Sequence record: DRR723986_5691
Direction: 5' to 3' (one strand)
Length of the DNA: 64,000 nucleotides
Position 1 is the stretch's first letter. Every line of letters begins with the position of its first letter. Positions 58,943-64,000 of the stretch are shown in pieces. A program made the translations under genes and the position numbers. Below the pieces are notes generated by a model. That model worked only from the letters and a program-made list of their open reading frames with translations, ran no database searches and had not been told where the DNA came from.

Positions 58943-59991
58943 GCATTACCGCCATCAACCAGCAGCTCTTGCGCGCGATCGGGGTCGGCATTGCCGTCGT
59001 CAACAGCAAGGACCTCCAGTTCCTGTTCCAGAACGCTCCGTTTTCCGATTGGTTCGGCAAGCCGGAAGCCGTCACCACGCTTGCCGATCTGCTGCCGGAT
59101 ATCGACATCGAACAGCTTCGTGAAGCAATCAAAGAGCAGGGACGCTTTTCCGGAGAAGTCTCCGTCAAGCTCAAGCGCCGGACCCTGGTCATCGCCCTGA
59201 CCGTTTCGCCAGCTGAAGAACAGGACTTCCTCGTCGTTGAATGCCAGAACATCACGCGGATCCGCGAACTGGAGTCGATGATCGACAGTTACTCCTCCAT
59301 GGTAGAGCGGAATACGCGCGAACTGGAACGCGAGAAGGAACGTGTCGAGCGTTTGCTGCTCAACCTGATGCCGCGTTCGGTCTACGAGGAGTTCAAGACC
59401 TTCGGTGTCGTCACGCCGCAGCTTTACGAGAGCGTTTCCGTGGTCATGCTCGACTTCGTGGACTTCACGAAATTCTCCGCAGAGCACGACCCGACGGTGA
59501 CGCTTGGTGAACTGAACGACATCTTTACCGCATTCGACCGTATCGCCGAGCAATTCGGTTGTGAGCGCATAAAGACCATCGGCGATGCCTATCTTGCCGT
59601 TTCAGGCATGCCCGAGCCCTCACCGGATCACATGCGCGCTGTTGCCAACTGCGCCGTGCGCTTCATTCGCTACCTGGAGCGTCGGAACCAGAGCCATCAA
59701 CACAAGTGGCGGGCGCGTGTCGGACTGGGTACGGGATCGGCAGTCGGTTCCGTCGTCGGAATCCAGAAGTACGTTTATGACGTCTTCGGCTCGGCAGTGA
59801 ACCTTGCCGCACGGTTGCAGGAATTCGCCAATCCCATGTGCGTCGTTGCGCCGGATGCCATGAAGGAATTCCTGGTGGACGAGTTTCATCTGGAAGACCT
59901 TGGCAAACGCGAGATCCGCAGCTTTGGAGAAATGCGGCTGATGCGGGTCAGCCCCGGTGTCGAACTGGCCCATCGGGCGCGGCAGTTCTGA
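58939..59991 (+). CDS. Class III nucleotide cyclase (probably adenylate) with PAS-like domain and signalling helix
   Basis: LEREKERVERLLLNLMP, LDFVDFT, IKTIGDAY, YDVFGSAVNLAARLQ; ATGA overlap with the globin gene. Confidence 0.9.
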   Translation: MSITAINQQLLRAIGVGIAVVNSKDLQFLFQNAPFSDWFGKPEAVTTLADLLPDIDIEQLREAIKEQGRFSGEVSVKLKRRTLVIALTVSPAEEQDFLVVECQNITRIRELESMIDSYSSMVERNTRELEREKERVERLLLNLMPRSVYEEFKTFGVVTPQLYESVSVVMLDFVDFTKFSAEHDPTVTLGELNDIFTAFDRIAEQFGCERIKTIGDAYLAVSGMPEPSPDHMRAVANCAVRFIRYLERRNQSHQHKWRARVGLGTGSAVGSVVGIQKYVYDVFGSAVNLAARLQEFANPMCVVAPDAMKEFLVDEFHLEDLGKREIRSFGEMRLMRVSPGVELAHRARQF

Positions 59992-60105
59992 CCGGACAAC
60001 AGGTCCGCTGTCAGGTCATTCGCACAGCCGAAACCCGCCCGCTCAGTCCCACGGCAAAAGCAAAGGTGCGCCCCCCAAACGCAGCACCTTTGCGCCAATG
60101 CGCCG

Positions 60106-63018
60106 TCAGTTCTTGTTTTTCTTCTTGTTCCCGAAAACGTTGCCCAAAAGGCCGGAAGGCAGACCGAAACCTTCTTCTACCGCTTTCAGAACTTCCTCGT
60201 CATCGACCTCGCCGTCCAGAACCTTCTGAACGTCGATCTGGGTCTTGCCGCCGGTCGCCTGGTTGATGACCTTGTTGGCCTGGTCAACCAGCTCCTGGGA
60301 CGGTTCCTTCTTTCCCTGAAGAATGGAGATCAGCTCACCGCCGGTCTGCTGCAGTTGCTTGTAGGCTGCCTCCGGGTTTTCCAGAATACCCTTGATGTCC
60401 GGATAGATCCGCGGATCGTTCCACGGACCTTCGATCACGATGGGCACACCTAGGCCGGCCAGCTTCTTGTCTTCGCCCTTCCGCCGAGGCTGCGGGGCCT
60501 GACCTTCCAGCGTCGGCACGATCTTCGGCTCCACACGCCAGGAAAGCCGTTGCGCCGGCATGTCCGTCGTGCCCTTGCCGGTCATGCGAACCAGCGGCCC
60601 GATCAGCGACAGATCGTCGGTCTTGGCAATGCCGTTCTGGATCTGGAACGTTGAGCCGAGCGAGCTGAAATCGGTCTTGGCCGACGGATTGGCCTGCCAT
60701 CCGAGCAACGTCTCCACCGACAGGCCACGCACTATCTGCGGCACGTTGATGCCCTTGATCGCGCCGTCGGCGAACGTGTAGTTGGCTGTCCCGTTCAGGG
60801 CCTGCACCAATGCCTGTTCGCTGCCGCCTTTGGAGGTAACATCCAGGTTTATGTTGGCCTTGCCTTCGATCCAGCTGAAATCGGCTGCATCACGCAGCAA
60901 CGGATAGGCATTGAGGTTGGCGAGAGCAAATTTCGCGGCAACTTGAGGTGTTGCGGACGCCCCGTTGAGCGTAACCGTACCGGTGCCGGAGCCGCCGTAA
61001 AGTGCCAGCTTTTCCAGGTTCGCAGTCAGCACACCGTTCTTGATGGTGGTCGACAGGGCGCTCTGGTCGATCTTGATCTTGTCCCAGCGGATTTCGCTGG
61101 TGGTCAGCTTGAAGTCCGCGTCGATCGCATTGAGACCGGAGAAATCTATCGGCGCTGTACTCCAGCCGCCTGCCCCACCGCGCTTGCCGCCGCCAGCCGA
61201 GGAATTTCCGGACGCCTGGCCAGAACCGCCACCACCGCCGCTGCCTGCGCCCGAAGACGATGCGCCGCCGAGATAGGGGTCGAGCACAAGTTCCCGCAGA
61301 TCCAACCGCGCCGTAACGCTTGGCTTGCCACCGAGGACGATCCGTCCGTTGGCTTCACCCGACGTATCATCCAGCGTGAACCGTGTTTCCTCGAATGAAA
61401 TCGTCTCGCCTGCAACGCCGAAGATGCCTGAAGCCTTGAAGCGCTTCAGACCGCCACCGCTGCCAAGCGGTTTGCCGAGCCACGCCATGAGCCCGCGCAG
61501 GTCGGCAGTATCGACGCTGACCGCACCATCAAGCGCACCGTCGCGCGAAGCCCGACCATTGAAGCCGGCGCTCACACGATTGCCTTTCACGCTCACGGAA
61601 ACCGGCGCAGCTCCCCCCGCCAGCAAGCGAGCGGTGTCGCCTTCGCCGGTCAGGCTGAACGCTTCGCCGCGCCAGGACAAGGCACCGCTGAGCGAAATTG
61701 GGTTTTCCAGTCCCTGCAGATCGATATCCATGGCAAGGTTCGTCAGGCGGTCCGCTTCCGGATCGCCGCCGACCGCCGAAGCAAGCCCAAGTCCGCCAAT
61801 CTCGCCCTCGGCGATACGTACGGACCCCGTGATATCAAGACCGGCAAGCAGTTCCTCCCCTGTCTGCCCCACGGTTGCAAAAGCGAGGTCGAGGCTGAGT
61901 TTGCCGCTTGCAGGCAAATCCCTGCCCGCCAGCTGCAGGAGATCGGCAATCGAACCGTCTTTCAGCACCAGCCGGCCGGAGACTTCAGGAACGCTCCCCG
62001 ACAGATCCGCGTCCGCCGCACCGCCAAGAGACAGTTGGCCAAGCGTGATGTCGAGATCAGCCAGCGACAGCATGGCCTCGGTGCCTGCAACCTTGGCCGA
62101 CACGGCAAAAGCACCCGGATCGGCGGCAAGGTCCTGCCCGGCCAGCGCTGCAAGCGCTTTCAGGGAAGGACCGGCTGCAGAAAGGGCCAATTCGGCGCGC
62201 ATCGGATCCAGGCCGGATTGACCGGTGACGGAGACGCTGTTTTCACCGCTGGAAATTTTCAGGTCTACCGGAACCTGCTCCCCGCCCATGAGAGCGAGCG
62301 GGTTGGTCAGGGATCCTGCGACGGCGACCGGCATTTCGCGGAACGTGAAGCTGGATGTCAGATCCACCTCACCCGACAGGCTGGGCGCCTGCAGGCTGAG
62401 ATCAAGGTTGGAGATACGAACCGGCTCGGCAGCATCCGGCGCCTTGTAGGTCACCGTGCCACCGGTGATCTGCAGGCTGTCGACACCAATGCTCTTGAGA
62501 TAGCCCTCGGGAGCTGCGGCTGTTTCTGCCGGCTCTGCTTCAGACGCAGGCGCAGGCGTGGCTTCCGCCAACGCATCGGTTTCGGCGTCGCCGGTTTCAG
62601 CCTCGATCAAGTCGCCAATGTCGCTGATGTCGCGGCGGGGCTCCCAGCTCGTGGTGCCGTTCGGGCCGATTTCCAGATAGATGTCCGGCTTGTCCAGGGC
62701 AATTCCGGTCACCTGGATATTGCCGGAAACCAGACCACCCCAGGCGAGCCCAAATTCGACACGCTCGGCCTTGGCAAACTCGATTCCGTCGGCACCGGCC
62801 TCGCCGGCAAGGCCGATATCTTCCGCGACCAGCGAAAATCCGGGAAACAGCGACAAGGACACAGGTCCGTCCAGGCGCACGCGCCAGCCAAAGCGCTTGT
62901 CCACCTGCTCAACTACCTGACGCTTGATTTCGTCCTTGGGCAGGAACAGCGGCACCACCAGAATGATGGTTACCAGCATGAACAGCAGACTGCCCAGTCC
63001 GATCAAAAGCCGACGCAT
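60106..63018 (-). CDS. asmA: AsmA family protein
   Basis: N-terminal TM anchor, GPVSLSLFP, LYGGSG, DGAIKGIN, TDFSSL, VPIVIEGPW..P. Confidence 0.85.
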   Translation of the reverse strand: MRRLLIGLGSLLFMLVTIILVVPLFLPKDEIKRQVVEQVDKRFGWRVRLDGPVSLSLFPGFSLVAEDIGLAGEAGADGIEFAKAERVEFGLAWGGLVSGNIQVTGIALDKPDIYLEIGPNGTTSWEPRRDISDIGDLIEAETGDAETDALAEATPAPASEAEPAETAAAPEGYLKSIGVDSLQITGGTVTYKAPDAAEPVRISNLDLSLQAPSLSGEVDLTSSFTFREMPVAVAGSLTNPLALMGGEQVPVDLKISSGENSVSVTGQSGLDPMRAELALSAAGPSLKALAALAGQDLAADPGAFAVSAKVAGTEAMLSLADLDITLGQLSLGGAADADLSGSVPEVSGRLVLKDGSIADLLQLAGRDLPASGKLSLDLAFATVGQTGEELLAGLDITGSVRIAEGEIGGLGLASAVGGDPEADRLTNLAMDIDLQGLENPISLSGALSWRGEAFSLTGEGDTARLLAGGAAPVSVSVKGNRVSAGFNGRASRDGALDGAVSVDTADLRGLMAWLGKPLGSGGGLKRFKASGIFGVAGETISFEETRFTLDDTSGEANGRIVLGGKPSVTARLDLRELVLDPYLGGASSSGAGSGGGGGSGQASGNSSAGGGKRGGAGGWSTAPIDFSGLNAIDADFKLTTSEIRWDKIKIDQSALSTTIKNGVLTANLEKLALYGGSGTGTVTLNGASATPQVAAKFALANLNAYPLLRDAADFSWIEGKANINLDVTSKGGSEQALVQALNGTANYTFADGAIKGINVPQIVRGLSVETLLGWQANPSAKTDFSSLGSTFQIQNGIAKTDDLSLIGPLVRMTGKGTTDMPAQRLSWRVEPKIVPTLEGQAPQPRRKGEDKKLAGLGVPIVIEGPWNDPRIYPDIKGILENPEAAYKQLQQTGGELISILQGKKEPSQELVDQANKVINQATGGKTQIDVQKVLDGEVDDEEVLKAVEEGFGLPSGLLGNVFGNKKKNKN

Positions 63019-63301
63019 TTAGTGTCTCCCCGTCGCGAATCGGTCCCCAATGTAGACCAATCGGGCCGGAACGTCCCCAAGCAGAAGCAACCGCTTTCGC
63101 AGGAAAGGAGACAGAACGATCAAATACCGGCACATCGGTCTACAACACCGCATACCGCCCCTGGGACCGGCATACGATCCCGATCACTGTGCCAGCCGAT
63201 TTTGACAAAAGCAGGAAGTCTGCCGAATTTGCCCCAGGTTGGCACCATTCAGGCTGAAAACAGCCTGAATGGTGCAGGATCCGGCCGTCTGCTGCTCTGT
63301 C

Positions 63302-64000
63302 TCAGGACAGGGCAAACATGTGATTGTCCCAGGAAATGCCCGGTGGGCGAGCCAGAATTTCCGCCGGTTGGGCAGGATCCTCGACAAGAGACAATGCCCC
63401 GTTGCCGTCAGATATCAGAAAGCTGCCCTGATCGATCGGCGCAACGCCGCATCCGTCGGCAATGGCCTCGGCACCCAGAAATGCGCCGGTATCGGCCTTC
63501 CAGAACAACGTCTGCCCGCCCCTTGGAGCGGACGTTGCAATCACCTCACCGCTTGCGTTTGCGGTCACCGAGCCGATGTAGTTCTGAAGGCCTGACGCGA
63601 TACCTGTCGGAATTTCCGTCAAGATGGGTGCCTCGTCCCGCGAAAACACGCCAACCAGAGGCGGCAGGTCTGTTTCCGGCCCCTCGAACTGACCGCCGAC
63701 CCACGCCCGCCCTTGTCCGTCCAGCGCCATATGCCGGAGCGACAGCTGGTGCAGGGAAGCGTCCAGAGCGTGGCTGGCATGAAGATCACCGGTTTCGCGA
63801 TCCAGGAACACCACGGTCGGCGCCATGGTGTCGAGATTAAGCTTTTCCCGCCCCTTGTCCGGATGGGTCATGATGCCGCCATTGGCAACGACAAGCGTGC
63901 GCCCGTCCGGCGCGAGCAGCAAGTCATGCGGACCGATGCCATGGGTCTCGATCTCGCCGATCCGCTGAACCTGACGGCCACTCATGTCGTAAACACCAAT
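63302..64000 (-). CDS. DUF1513 domain protein (5' end beyond the window)
   Basis: GIGPHDL, LVVANGGIMTHP, REKLNLDTM, SLRH, YIGSV, WDNH. Confidence 0.85.
   Translation of the reverse strand: MGVYDMSGRQVQRIGEIETHGIGPHDLLLAPDGRTLVVANGGIMTHPDKGREKLNLDTMAPTVVFLDRETGDLHASHALDASLHQLSLRHMALDGQGRAWVGGQFEGPETDLPPLVGVFSRDEAPILTEIPTGIASGLQNYIGSVTANASGEVIATSAPRGGQTLFWKADTGAFLGAEAIADGCGVAPIDQGSFLISDGNGALSLVEDPAQPAEILARPPGISWDNHMFALS

Noticed and set aside
61170-61270. Gly/Ser-rich low-complexity stretch in asmA
   Set aside because: An ordinary flexible linker, not a DNA repeat element.
62035-63840. 601-aa plus-strand ORF
   Set aside because: Antisense to asmA and the DUF1513 gene, with no motifs and implausible composition.

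Overview
A GC-rich alphaproteobacterial chromosome segment. Gene content and order suggest a marine Rhizobiales such as Roseibium/Labrenzia (inference). Left to right: a partial methyl-accepting chemotaxis gene; a housekeeping block (thpR, aldo/keto reductase, tesA with an ABC transporter, Bax inhibitor-1, DUF2794); a candidate structured sRNA; a MocR regulator facing a TRAP transporter plus class II HMG-CoA reductase; ppa and neighbours; tRNA-Leu(CAA); a CYTH-CHAD gene; several divergent regulator/enzyme pairs including a dialkylglycine decarboxylase-like gene; an arylsulfatase; and a penicillin V acylase-like hydrolase. An AT-richer island at about 36.2-40.5 kb carries a DUF5131 + TcmP pair and an orphan ORF, separated by three clusters of one degenerate hairpin repeat family. 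After it come an orphan HExxH protein with an exported helical partner, an ABC exporter, a sulfotransferase, a C-P lyase operon (phnF, phnGHI-fosX-phnJKL-DUF1045-phnMN), a truncated haemoglobin coupled to an adenylate cyclase, asmA and a partial DUF1513 gene. The strongest leads are the repeat-delimited island and its DUF5131/TcmP cargo, the TRAP-mvaA operon, the globin-cyclase pair and the HExxH pair. All family calls come from motifs read by eye; no searches were run.
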